Positions 24,686 through 36,870 of a stretch of DNA of 64,000 nucleotides are shown piece after piece (position 1 is the first letter of the stretch; each line of letters starts with the position of its first letter). This stretch comes from Octopus sinensis (Eukaryota). The notes beneath the pieces are model-generated. The model saw only the letters and a list, made by a program, of their open reading frames with translations, searched no databases and had not been told where the DNA came from. A program made the position numbers and the translations under genes. The stretch spans positions 14,818,001-14,882,000 of the forward strand of contig NC_043024.1 in the NCBI RefSeq assembly GCF_006345805.1, read 5' to 3'.

Positions 24686-25392
24686 AGACCAGTTATGATG
24701 AGTTATACAATTTGTTGTTTTTAATTAATCCTTTTGAAACAAGATAGGTTAAATTGATAAAATTTTTGAAAATGTGTTTTTTTCATTTGACTCTACCTTC
24801 ATTTACCTGCCAATTATTTCTTAAGCACTGTAATTATGTATCAGGGTGAAAGCATACATTTCAAACAAGGCTCTCCATGGAATGACCTCCAAGAGCTGCT
24901 TCCAAACACAGGATGTTTTGTTTTTCTGTTTATAAATAAATTTGAAACCACTTTCTACAAACTCTAAAATATAGGCGCAGGAGTGGTAAGTAGCTTGCTA
25001 ACCAACCACATGGTTCCGGGTTCAGTCCCACAGCATGGCACCTTGGGCAAGTGTCTTCCACTATAGCCTCAGGCCGACCAAAGCCTTGTGAGTGGATTTG
25101 GTAGACGGAAACTGAAAGAAGCTGATATTCAGCCCCACTTCCAATGCAAATAATATATTCAGCAAACATGGGGTGATCCTAGCTGTCAGATATGTTGATA
25201 AACCCCAAGACATAAAACGAACATCTAAAAAGGATTCACTAATTATACTAATTATTAAAGAACTGTTTGAAATCTGCAGACAGACAATCTGTAGCTCTCC
25301 TAATGATATCTAATTCTGTAGAGTTTCATTGAGAAATTTGAAATATATTTTGAGCTGTGGTAGGTTTATGTTGGTTTATTTCCTCTTTGTTT

Positions 25393-25424
<32 letters not shown>

Positions 25425-25427
<3 letters not shown>

Positions 25428-25713
25428 TGTGTACAGTGCTCAGGTGCACTACAACTCATCTAAAGTGTATATATAATCAGGTGTAGTTTTGGTGGATTTC
25501 GGAAAGCACGAGGGCCTTAAAGGATGCAGTGTCATGGCAGTCAACAACTGACGCAGGCAGTTTATTCCATGCTTCAGCAACTCTGAGCGTGAAAAAATGT
25601 TTCCGAAAGTCATGGGAGCTGTGTTGTTTTCTGACTTTGTAGGCATGTCCACGTGTGTTAGACACATGGAGATTTTAGGTAAAGGGATAAAAAAAATTGA
25701 AGTCTGTGTCAAT
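25425..25713 (-). mobile_element. CR1 LINE 3' end
   Basis: Same peptide as 21630-21925. Confidence 0.85.
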
Positions 25714-26942
25714 CTTCCAGTTGGAATCCCAGGTTCAAAGACTCACACCATGGAAAACAATTAAAGGCTCACCTCAGAGGAAAATTTAAGCAAGCAATAG
25801 GGATCAGAAGCTATAACTCTCTTCAGAATTATCTATTTTTTGGTGTTTTATGACACTTTCAACAGCGGTGGGTTTACAGGTGGAGGGAAAAGCCCAGACA
25901 ATCCAGTGTGAACCACTGAGTAGCAACAGGCATCCACCAGCCCTCCAGCTGTCAACCATGATAATGTTGTGGTAGCACAGCAATCACCAGGTTAGCATCT
26001 CTCCTCAGAAAGACAGCCCTGTTAAGAATTTTATTTACCTTCTCTTTCTTTTTGATCTCTTGGAATTTGCTCTTTCATCTGCATCACTGGAAGCAGGAGT
26101 CTGCAACTATGATTCTATTTTGGCCACTTTAAGCTTTCTTTTTACTTTATCATATGTTTCTGAATAGAAAACAAAATGGTTTTGAGAAAACAGAGGAGAA
26201 AGTTATAAAATTCAAAATAAAGTAATAATAAATCTCTGAACGAGATGTAAACAGTAACTGCACGACAATGTAAAGTATACTAGCCATCTCAATATGGCTA
26301 ACCACTAAGGGTGGGTGTTACTGTAGCTTGTAGCCCCAGGAGAACATCGTCTCCAGCTGGCTTTAGGCACACTTTCTGTGCCCTTATGGTATTTGCAAAG
26401 GGAGGTCATCCCTCTCTCGTAAACCTAGGTGACACGCACGGACTGCAGTTTCTAGGTATTTGCCTGTCTTCAGCGTATGTCAATCACTGGTTTTCAATGA
26501 AGGGATTTACAGAAATTAAGTGATTTACAGAAATTAAGAGTGATTGTTGCAAAAAAAAATAAATAAAAAAATAATAATAATAATTTAGAAATCAGGGCTT
26601 ACAAAAAAATGTTTAAGACTGAGGCCTTTGTGGCATTGGGCCTGGGATCTACATTTGTTTTACCAGTGTAAGGAAAAATCTGTCCTGATAGGCATGTGTT
26701 GATGTACCTTCATTTCCCAGGCACAGATGCAGAGACCAGCTAACCAGGCAACTGGGGTTAAAAGTCACCCTGTATAGATCAATTTTGCCCTGTCTTTGCA
26801 AAAAAGCAAAATTGATGTCACCCTCTTAAAAGATGAATCTACCTTGAAATAAGGTGAAATTTCATGGAATTTACAAACAATTCCCATATTAAAGAAATTA
26901 TATGGAAAATATTGACTATTATTGCAACTATTTTCACACAAA

Positions 26943-27107
26943 GGTGCAGGAATGGCTGTGTGGTAAGTAGCTTGTTTACCAAACACATGGTTCCGGGTTC
27001 AGTCCCACTGCGTGGCACCTTGGGCAAGTGTTTTCTACTATAGCCTCGGGCCGACCAAAGCCTTGTGAGTGGATTTGGTAGATGGAAACTGAAAGAAGCC
27101 CGTCGTA

Positions 27108-27160
<53 letters not shown>

Positions 27161-27362
27161 TTGTGTGTCTGTGTTTGTCCCCTAGCATTGCTTGACAACC
27201 GATGCTGGTGTGTTTATGTCCCCCTCACTTAGCGGTTCAGCAAAAGAGACTGATAGAATAAGTACTGGGCTTACAAAGAATAAGTCCCAGGGTCGATTTG
27301 CTCGACTAAAGGCAGTGCTCCAGCATGGCCGCAGTCAAATGACTGAAACAAGTAAAAGAGTA
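26943..27362 (+). mobile_element. SINE family A
   Basis: Full-length body. Confidence 0.85.
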
Positions 27363-28179
27363 AGCTAAAATGGAAATTCATTTCAAAATAGCAAATAGTA
27401 AACAAACAAAGTTGAAATTGTCTCTGATGCAGTGAAATTAGGTGACTTACATGAATTACAGAATCAAAAACTGATTTTCCATCCGAGTAATTGTCAAAAT
27501 AATAATTTTTTTATCTTCAATATTTTATCTAAATTGTAGTTGTGATACCTGTGCCGGTGGCACATAGAAAGCACCAACTGAATGTGGACGATGCCAGCAC
27601 CGCCTTGACTGGTTTCTGTGCTGGTGGCACGTGACCTGCTGTGCTTGAGGAGACTTACTGAGTCAAGTACATCAACATCAAAATAAATATCAAATGGAAA
27701 TTGTAGTTGTGATTCCTGTGCTGGTGGCACATAAAAAGCACCAACTGATTGTGGCCGTTGCCAGCCTCGCTTGGCACCAGTGCAGGTGGCACGTAAAAAG
27801 CACCCACTACGCTCACGGAGTGGTTGGCATTAGGAAGGGCATCAAGCTGTAGAAACACTGCCAGATCAGACTGGAGCCTGGTGCAGCCTCCTGGCTTCCC
27901 AAACCCCGGTCGAACCATGCAACCCATGCTAGCATGGAGAACAGATGGTAAACGATGATGATGATGATGGGCTTTCATTAAAACAATACTTCAGCTTAAA
28001 TCTGAAGTTTTAATTCTCACCTTCTCTCGGAAAATGAATAAGAAAAACCAGCTGATTGAACTAACTTGAAGGGTACCAGAAAAATGCCCCCTGATTTCTG
28101 GGCCAATAATTCAACATACTTAAATTTCCAAATTAAAAGAGGATCTGCCTCGGCTATCTATCTAAGGCTTGGCTATCTA

Positions 28180-28775
28180 TAGCTATCGTGCAGCCTCACC
28201 TGGAATTTGCATCACCGGTCTGGAATCCCTATCTTGCCCAGGATATTAATCATCTGGAAACCGTTCAGTGATGTGCAACCAAGAGAATACCCTCCATCAG
28301 GCATTTGCCATATTCTGAACGCCTTACTTCCCTGGGCATGGATACATTGAAACTCCGACGTCTGGCAGCTGACTTGGCAGACACCCATAAAATTATTAAC
28401 CATCTTACAAACAATAACTCTGAGCACCTTTTCAAACGCCACCTGTCTAACACCCGTGGACATGTTTACAAGGTCAGAAAACAGCACAGCTCCCATGACT
28501 TTCGGAAACATTTTTTCACCTTAAGAGTTGCTGAAGCATGGAACAAACTGCCGGCATCAGTAGTTAGTTGTCGGAGCACTGCATCCATCAAAACTTCCAT
28601 GCTTCCTGAGATTCGCCAACACTACACCTGATTTTCTCCCCTCCATACACACGCAAGCATGTATCTGACTCATACACTGTTCACTTCCCAGACATTTGTA
28701 CATTACTGCATATGCTTTATACACACTTTTGACAAGTTGTGGTGCACCTGAGCACTGTATACAATAATTTCATTA
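28180..28775 (+). mobile_element. CR1 LINE 3' fragment (ORF2 C-terminus + 3'UTR)
   Basis: PHLEFASPVWNPYL...; YSERLTSLGMDTLKLRRL...TRGH...WNKLP. Confidence 0.88.
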
Positions 28776-29629
28776 TTTTAAAACATGGCAAGTCTGCCTG
28801 ATTTTAAGGGGTTTTATTTTTTAATTAACTTCATTTTATTTTTATCTAATTTTTTATTTATTTTTATTTATTATTATTATTATATTTATTATTGAGTGAG
28901 AGAGCAGTACATGCCATCAAAGTGACACTCGGGTAAAATATACAAAGCCCAGTATACCCATCATGATTATCCATCTGATAAGGGTACACTAGGCACATGT
29001 ATCATAACCAAATGTGTGCGACATGGTGATTTCATATCGAAATAAACAGCACATGACCTTGCAGGTGGGACCCAGTTAGAATGTTCTTCTGGTCGGGTAA
29101 CCCATCCCGCTCAAAAGATCCCTGAATAAGGGTTGTTTAAGGATGTTGAATGAAACACCCATGTTTCCAGAGGTGAAATATTCAAACCCCAAAGAATCCC
29201 TCTCCACACATAGCTATGATGCTTGTGATCAGAGATGCACATATTGTCAGTCACTAAGGGACATGCTCAACTGGTTACGGTCAAACAACGGACAAGCAAA
29301 TCTGTGGTATTGAGCAGAATATTTGCTATAACCCATATTATTATTATTATTATTATTATTATTTTGTAAAAATGAATTAATCATGAGAGAAAGATCACCA
29401 CACTTATTTATTGTTTGATTTGAATGGGAAAAAACATGAATTAGAGCATCATAAAGCCTTTAGTCTAACCCTTTACTCAATACAGCTTTTTTTGATACAT
29501 AAATACAACTATAAAATCTTAGCAGTTTTGAAATATAACCACATAATTGTGGGTTTGAATAGAAATAACTCTTCGTTAACGATGCCATAAATGTGTTCTG
29601 AGAATATTGATGGTTGCAATGATATATTA

Positions 29630-30048
29630 CTCTCTTTACTCTTTTACTCTTTTACTTGTTTCAGTCATTTGACTGCGGCCATGCTGGAGCACCGCCTTTT
29701 AGTCGAGCAAATCGACCCCGGGACTTATTCTTTGTAAGCCCAGTACTTATTCTATCGGTCTCTTTTGCCGAACCGCTAAGTGACGGGGACGTAAACATAC
29801 CAGCATCGGTTGTCAAGCAATGCTAGGGGGACAAACACAGACACACAAACACATACACACAAACACATATATATATACACATATACGACAGGCTTCTTTC
29901 AGTTTCCGTCTACCAAATCCACTCACAAGGCATTGGTCGGCCCGGGGCTATAGCAGAAGACACTTGCCCAAGATGCCACGCAGTGGGACTGAACCCGGAA
30001 CCATGTGAATGGTTAGCAAGCTACTTACCACACAGCCACTCCTGCACC
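29630..30048 (-). mobile_element. SINE family A
   Basis: Full-length body. Confidence 0.85.
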
Positions 30049-30935
30049 TATTATGGTAAGTTATTGATAATTTTAGGGCATTTCTGACCAATTCATTAGG
30101 TGAAAGCTGGGTTTGGTTTTTTTCCCAATATTTTGTCACTTCTCCCTATTCTCATCTGACATCTCCCTAAAATCTCTGGAAGTTGGAATGACTTCTCCCT
30201 CAATTTTCTCTGTAGGCTGGTTTTTGCACAGACGCATTGCAATTAACTGGAAGCAGCTTTCCAATGTGTTAAAATTGCAAAACAAGCAACAAAAAAGGTG
30301 ACACCTTTTTCAAACCAGAATTAAACCCGAAACTTCCTATAGCATGATTGTTAGGAAATATTTCTGTACTTTCAGAATAGAATTTTTAATGTCAGATTTG
30401 CAAGGTATTACTATGTGTATAAACTGGTTTGCACTGACATTAAAATGGTCACCTCGATGTGCAGTGCACTTCAGGACACAATACTTATTTCTTTACTACC
30501 CACAAGGGGTTAAACACAGAGGAGACAAACAAGGACAGACAGACGGATTAAGTCGATTATATTAACCCCAATGTGTAACTGGTACTTAATTTATCGACCC
30601 CGAAAAGATGAAAGGCAAAGTCAACCTCGGCGGAAATTGAACTCACAACGCAATGGCAGACGAAATACCGCTTGGCATTTCGCCCGATATGCTAACAATT
30701 CTGCCAAGCACTCACATGGTCAAGTGGGATGTAGTGTCTTCTCCAAGGACACAATTTGGTTGTCGCAGGTGGGATTCAAACCAAGGTCCTCTAAGTTTGC
30801 AGCTCCCAAGCTCTCAATAAACTGGTATAGCATGATATCATCTTCAACATCATAACAGCTCACTGGAATACAGATGCATGGACCATGAAGCCCTATTCTA
30901 ACTACATTAATAAAAAAAAAAGTTTATGAAAAATA

Positions 30936-31335
30936 TAGGTGTAGGAGTGGCTGTGTGGTAAGTAGCTTGCTTACCAACCACATGGTTCCGGGTTCAGTCC
31001 CACTGCGTGCACCTTGGGCAAGTGTCTTCTGCTATAGCTTCAGGCTGACCAAAGCCTTGTGAGTGGATTTGGTAGACGGAAACTGAAAGAAGCCCGTCGT
31101 ATATATGTATATATGTGTGTGTGTGTATGTTTGTGTGTCTGTGTTTGTCCCCCTAACATCGCTTGACAACCGATGCTGGTGTGTTTATGTCCCCGTAACT
31201 TAACGGTTCGGCAAAAGAGACCGATAGAATAAGTACTAGGCTTACAAAGAATAAGCCCCGGGGTCGATTTGCTCGACTAAAGGTGGTGCTCCAGCTTGGC
31301 CACTGTCACATGACTGAAACAAGTAAAAGAGTAAA
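30936..31335 (+). mobile_element. SINE family A
   Basis: Full-length body. Confidence 0.85.
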
Positions 31336-33620
31336 AATGTACATACAGAGTAAAAGAGTAAAAATGTACAGATCAGATTGGAGTGTGATGCAGCCATCTG
31401 GTTCGCCAGACCTCAGTCAAATCGTCTAACCCATGCTAGCATGGAAAGCGGACGTTAAACGATGATGATGATGATATACAATTAGCATTTTTTTTTTACT
31501 TCTTTGTTTATTATTCCAGCAATGGACCATGCATGTGTTACTTTGGCATCATCGTTCCATAAATAGTGTTTAATGGGAGAAAAATATTGAAAAAGCATCA
31601 ATACATGAGAGAGTGAAAACAGAGGGTGGTTTAGGATGTGCTAGAAACACCAACCAAATCTCCCTTGACTCGTACACCTTTTCTTCTGAAATATATATAT
31701 TTTTTTTTTTTTTTTTTTACCGAAAAGGCTCTTCCCATGGTTTTTAAGTGAAAACAAAAATTGGCCAAAATCGGTCCAGAGTGGGATGGCGTGGAATTGG
31801 GGGGGGGGGGGTAAAAAATTTTCAAAACTTTTTTTTCATACAAAGATGCCCCCTCCCCATTATTCTGAAGGCTGTGGTAAAATTTTAGAAAAATGGGAAA
31901 ATCGCCGTCAAAACTTATTTGGTCTTTTTGCTCCGAAACTCCGTTTTTTCAAAACTCCTCTTCCCACCAACTCGGAAAAAAAATTTCTCCATAAATTTCT
32001 TTATAATCGTAATCTACGCCATTTGAAAGATATTTGTATAAAATTTCATTATATCCATTTTCCTGAAAGTTATGAGGGAAAAAAGTCGGATCATGTGAAT
32101 TTTCCGAAAATCCTCTCCCCACTCCTTCGGAAAAATTCTTTCCCTTAAATCCCCATATATTCTTAATCCACAGCATCTAACCATGATTTCTTTAAAATTT
32201 CATTAAAAACTATTAATTTTTCTGAAAGTTATGAGGCAACAAAGTCGAAGGGGTACGAATCTGTAGTTATGCCAGCTTACACATTATTACAAATCAGTAC
32301 CCACAGAAAGGTATTAAGAACGTTGTGGAAGTTGTTCCCCTTTATGTGATTTATTTTCTCAATTATCCAATAGAGGGAAGTTATTCTGAACATTGACCTC
32401 ATAAAGATTGACATTTGACCTCAAGTGGTCTCTTCACAGAGAGATGTAAATATCACAATCAACCATTGAATTATTTTCCTTGCATTTTCTTTTACTTCGT
32501 TTTGAGTTTATTTATCTACGACTAGATTATCTAATGAGTCGTTATATTTCATAACAAAAGACAGAGATTTGGCTGTTAATTCTTGCAGGTCAGCTATATT
32601 GTTTCATTATTTTATTATTGCTAAATGTAATGACCTTAATTTATGACTAATCTACAAAAGGGAGGCGGATATATTTTTGTGAACGGAGTTTGGTTTCATC
32701 CATAAATTGAAACAGAGCGTCCCCGAGACAATCTGGTGTCGAAATATATTTTTGATTTTACACTCGATATCTTAAGATGTGTGGAATTTTCTGGAGGTCA
32801 ATTTGACTCTTGTCTGGCGAGTTCCTCATTTCTGTCACTCTCAGAATTCGGAACTGATGTCTGTGAGTGAGAGAGAGAGAGAGAGAGAGAGAACGGGGTG
32901 GTGTCGAAGAGATGTTGATTCATAAGTGTTTTGACTTCAGAGCTCTTCCTGGCTTGTCATGTCAACTGATTGCTGAGATAAAGCTAATTTTAACGTGAGC
33001 GCTCGCAAAAATAAATACTTAGTCCTGTAATTCCAGGGATTTTCCCAAGAATAATGGAAAGAGACATGATGAGGTTACCGTTTCTATTTAGGCGAGAGAT
33101 ACATTATAAGGGACTCGGCAGGAGTGATTCTTTTGCTTTTACATATTATAAGCCCACAAGTAGCTAAAGTATCGCCAATTACCGATTAAATTACATTTTT
33201 CAACCTGTGGAATTCAAAATATTTCTGGAAACTGGGCCGCTAAATCTTAAAGTGTCGGGTTAAGCTCGTTATAGTAAATGGCTGTTTCAGCATTGCTGAT
33301 TGTTTTGGCCCGCTTTGTTAAACCCAAAAACCCAGATTGGTTTAAATATGACGCTTAGAGAAATAACTTAAAACTATTTTATTTGTAGGTTAGTCTCTCT
33401 CTGTCCTTACTCTCTTTTTTACAAGCTTAAAAGAATTCCGTATAAAAGAATTTAACGACTTCTGTCCAGCATTTCAACTTTTTGAAGTTAAAAGGAATTG
33501 AAAATTATAATTCTTAGCTGTCATATTTAAAAGATTTCAAATCTTGGTGTAAATAATTTATCAATCTATGTTAAGACCCCCACCACAGATAGGAATAAGT
33601 TCAGTAACCCATTGTTTCCC

Positions 33621-33743
33621 ATTTATTTTGTCAAAATATTTTCGTTGCTTAGAGACCGCGACCTGTTCACTGACAAAATTCCGAATTTTATCAGTGGACA
33701 GGTCGCGGTCTCTAAGCGACGAAAATATTTTGACAAAATAAAT
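33621..33743. repeat. 123-bp near-perfect palindrome
   Basis: ATTTATTTTGTCAAAATATTTTCG... pairs with ...CGAAAATATTTTGACAAAATAAAT. Confidence 0.92.
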
Positions 33744-33954
33744 TGAAATGTACATATTTAATGTTTAATTGGTTTACAAATTCTTGTTAATTTCGGAAGT
33801 GTTCTACTTTTGAGATGAAATTCTCTTCGGTGGGGTTAAGGGCTTTCAATGAGAATAACCTGTTGTCTAGTTTCGTGTCAACCTGATCAACGCGCAGACC
33901 CATGGATAAAAGACGCTTTAACTACGACCATCCCGCATAATTTGTCCAGCTCAG

Positions 33955-34330
33955 ACTTGTTTCAGTCATTTGACTGCGGCCGTGCTGGAGCACCGCCTTT
34001 AGTCGAGCAAATCGATCCCAGGACTTATTCTTTGTAGGCCTAGTACTTATTCTATCGGCCTCTTTTGCCGAACCGCTAAGTTACGGTGACGTAAATACAC
34101 CAGCATCGGTTGTCAAGCGATGTTGGGAGGACAAACGCAGACACACACACGCATATATATATATACATATATACGACGGGCTTCTTTCAGTTTCCATCTA
34201 CCAAATCCACTCAGAAGGCTTTGGCCCGATGCTATAGTAGAAGACACTTGCCCAAGGTGCCACGCAGTGGGACTGAACCCGGGACCATATGGTTAGTAAG
34301 CAAGCTACTTACCACACAGCCACTCCAGTG
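33955..34330 (-). mobile_element. SINE family A
   Basis: Full-length body. Confidence 0.85.
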
Positions 34331-36141
34331 CCTGGTTCATTTTTTTTATTTGTTTGGTTTGGTTTGGTTTGGTGGAAGGGGGTGTTTCGTGTGTATAGAA
34401 ATAATATTAGGCTGCTCTTTCTAGAAGATCGAACGACCCCGTAGAGGTTCCATAACTGAAAAATAATTCTTACATTTCTGAGTTATATATTTTTGGTTTT
34501 GCATGGGTTGGATTCCAAGCAAAATAGCTAATTTATCGAACTGAAGTTATTTCCGAATGTATTTAAATAACATTGAGGACATTTAACCATTGTCACCGGT
34601 GTCATTAAGCGGAGGGGAAAAGCCATCGACAAGGACTCAGCCTCGGTGGTTTTATAACCATTTCAGTGTATCGTGTCGGAATTATCTTTTGTTAAGGTAA
34701 ATATTAATGTTTGTGGATAAGAGAAGGCGACTTATATATTTCAGGTCCAGTGTCCCATCGACTTCATTTCGTTACATCGTTAATTTATACAAAACAAGGG
34801 AAATGAGTTTTAACCGCCAACTCATCAACTAATGAAGAATCAATTTTCGGCATTCTTTCGATATAACTCGACAAAATCAAAACATTTCACTTCGGGTATT
34901 TCCGTGGGTTGTGGAGTATAGATATAACGAAATTATGTCAGCAATGTCTAATTTTTAAACTTGAAGAAAAAAAGCCTTGCGTATTTGGGTACTAGTCGCG
35001 TAGACTGGACCCGGTGCGCGCATCCGCGCTAGCCAGTCGTAGGTAGTCGATCCTACAGCGACTTGCGTCACTACAGGCGAGAATTCACTTGTGTTTACTT
35101 AGAATATATTTCTTTATTGCCCACAAGGGGCTAAACATAGAGAGGACAAACAAGGACAGACAAAGGAATTACGTCGATTACATCGACCCCAGTGCGAAAC
35201 TGGTACTTTTATTTATCGACCCCGAAAGGATGAAAGGCAAAGTCGACCTCGGCGGAATTTGAACTCAGAACGTAACGACAGGCAAACTTCGTTAACCATT
35301 CAGCTATGCTCGTTCTCTTTCAACTGGAATTTAACCCCTGACCAACCCTAAATTATTAGACATTTTGGTCGTGGCCATCCCGCTTTGTTGTAAATCCAAT
35401 ACTGCATTGTTCAGTTTGACTTTTAAAAAAACATTCGGCTGCTATTTCTTAACAGCTCGGTGGAAGATATCTCTTGACCGAAGTTGTACAAGGTCTGTGT
35501 TTGCTCCTTGTTTTCAGTTTCTCCAAAGACCCAACTGAACTCTCGTCTTTAACTTCAGCTGAACAGTTCCCAGTCCCAAGACTGCCCTGGTCGTGCAGAC
35601 CTGTTCAAAGGAGTTTATTTTTAACCAGACGTAAAGTAACCCTTTACTTCATAGGGAATCCAACCCATGCAAAACCAAAAATATATAACTCAGAAATATA
35701 AGAATTATTTTTCAGTTATGGAACCTCCACGGGGTCGTTCGATCTTCTAGAAAGAGCAGCCTAATATTATTTCTATTTTACATACACACACGAAACACCC
35801 CCTTCCACCAAACCAAACAAATAAAATTTCTACGTGGGGGAAATTTGGTTACTATAAGTTTACATTGAAGAGACTTGGTCGTTGACAGGAGCCTCATAAG
35901 TTAACACAGTGAACCATTTCATACGAGGCAATTAGTGTTATCTTCGTCTGTGATCTGTCACTGTACTACCCTTCCTCTATCTGCCTGGCAACTAAATTCT
36001 GACCCCACGTTGTTGGCTTGTCACCAGGAACCGATTTTCCTGTTGAAGCCTACAGTAAAATTACTTTGTTGGGGAGGGGTTAAGCCAATTTTTAAAAACT
36101 TTTTTTTGAATTTTCATGCTGCAGTTTGCCGTAGCTATTCA

Positions 36142-36540
36142 AAGTAAACTGAAGTGAATTGTCGCCTGTAGTGGTCTACTTTGAAAAAAAAAATGCTTAA
36201 GGTTGTTTTGTAACGAAAAAAAACGCAATTGTCTTTAAAATAATATACACCGTATATCGTTGAAAAATATTTCCTAAGCTCCAGTAGGGGCTCGCTATTA
36301 ACTTAGTTTTTGCAGTGTTGCGCCAATCAGCTCATTTGCATACGCAAGTCACTGTAAGATCGACTACCTAATACTGGCTAGCGCGGATGCGCGTCTGCGC
36401 GCACCGGGTCCAGTCTACGCGACTAGTACCGCATTTGTTCTTACCCGTTTCATGTGTGTATGTAAACTCCGCAAAATTTCCAAGTAGAAAACAGAAGCGA
36501 ACTGTCATTTGCTTCCACGGAAATACCCGAAGTGAGGTAC
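36142..36540 (+). promoter_or_regulatory. Candidate CpG-rich promoter/first exon upstream of ZNF1
   Basis: CCAATCAG at 36323-30, octamer ATTTGCAT at 36334-41, GCGC-rich NRF1-like motifs, CGGAAAT, possible donor GTGAGG at 36532. Confidence 0.4.
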
Positions 36541-36659
36541 AACTTAAGAAGAGTGGTCCCGGTGCGCGTACTCGCGCATCCGTGCTAGCTAGTCGTAACT
36601 AGTCGATCCTTACTTTGTGATTTTGTGTTTTATTTACTTTGTTTAAAAAAATTATTGTA

Positions 36660-36870
36660 TTTTTTTTCCTTTTGAACGGCAGTTTGTAACATAATTTCTA
36701 GGTAGCTAAAAAATTTTAAACTTCGTTTACTGGTAGAATGGGTTTATAAAACATCTTTTTCTCAATAAAGCCAAGAGAAAATGAACCCATTCTACCAGTA
36801 TACGAAGTTTAACATTTTTTAGTTACCTAGAAATTATATTACAAACTGCCGTTCAAAAGGAAAAGATCCA
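36660..36870. mobile_element. Hairpin MITE (relatives ~55575-56105, 62620-62800)
   Basis: TTTGAACGGCAGTTT / AAACTGCCGTTCAAA arms; shared CATTCTACCAGTATACGAAGTTT. Confidence 0.7.

Larger units (their letters stand above)
19262..26159 (-). pseudogene. Decayed multi-exon DUF4806-like gene (exon relics ~26039-26159, ~23063-23300, 20323-20480, ~19262-19351)
   Basis: The - strand has AG acceptors and GTAAGT/GTAAAT donors. Peptides: ETYDKVKRKLKVAKIES*LQT; FPCESQEDGEALEAELSD; VNYHAVLEGKNISDTV*RICHVLTSKLGKLHNWYGKK/GNLSFGQLKLSSVIH. Contains stops and frameshifts. Confidence 0.6.

Noticed and set aside
30060-30300. hAT dimerisation-like peptide KYWEKNQTQLSPNELVRNALKLS (- strand)
   Set aside because: Similarity is too weak to call by eye.
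31631-32250. ORFs of 70-120 aa
   Set aside because: Low-complexity, homopolymer-rich, probably a non-autonomous DNA element; no domain recognised.
32650-32870. Alternative first exon ending CT/GTGAGT at 32862
   Set aside because: Only a GC box and a donor; insufficient support without transcript data.
36320-36540. snRNA gene suggested by the octamer plus ACTACA motif
   Set aside because: No recognisable U1, U2, U4, U5, U6 or U7 sequence nearby.
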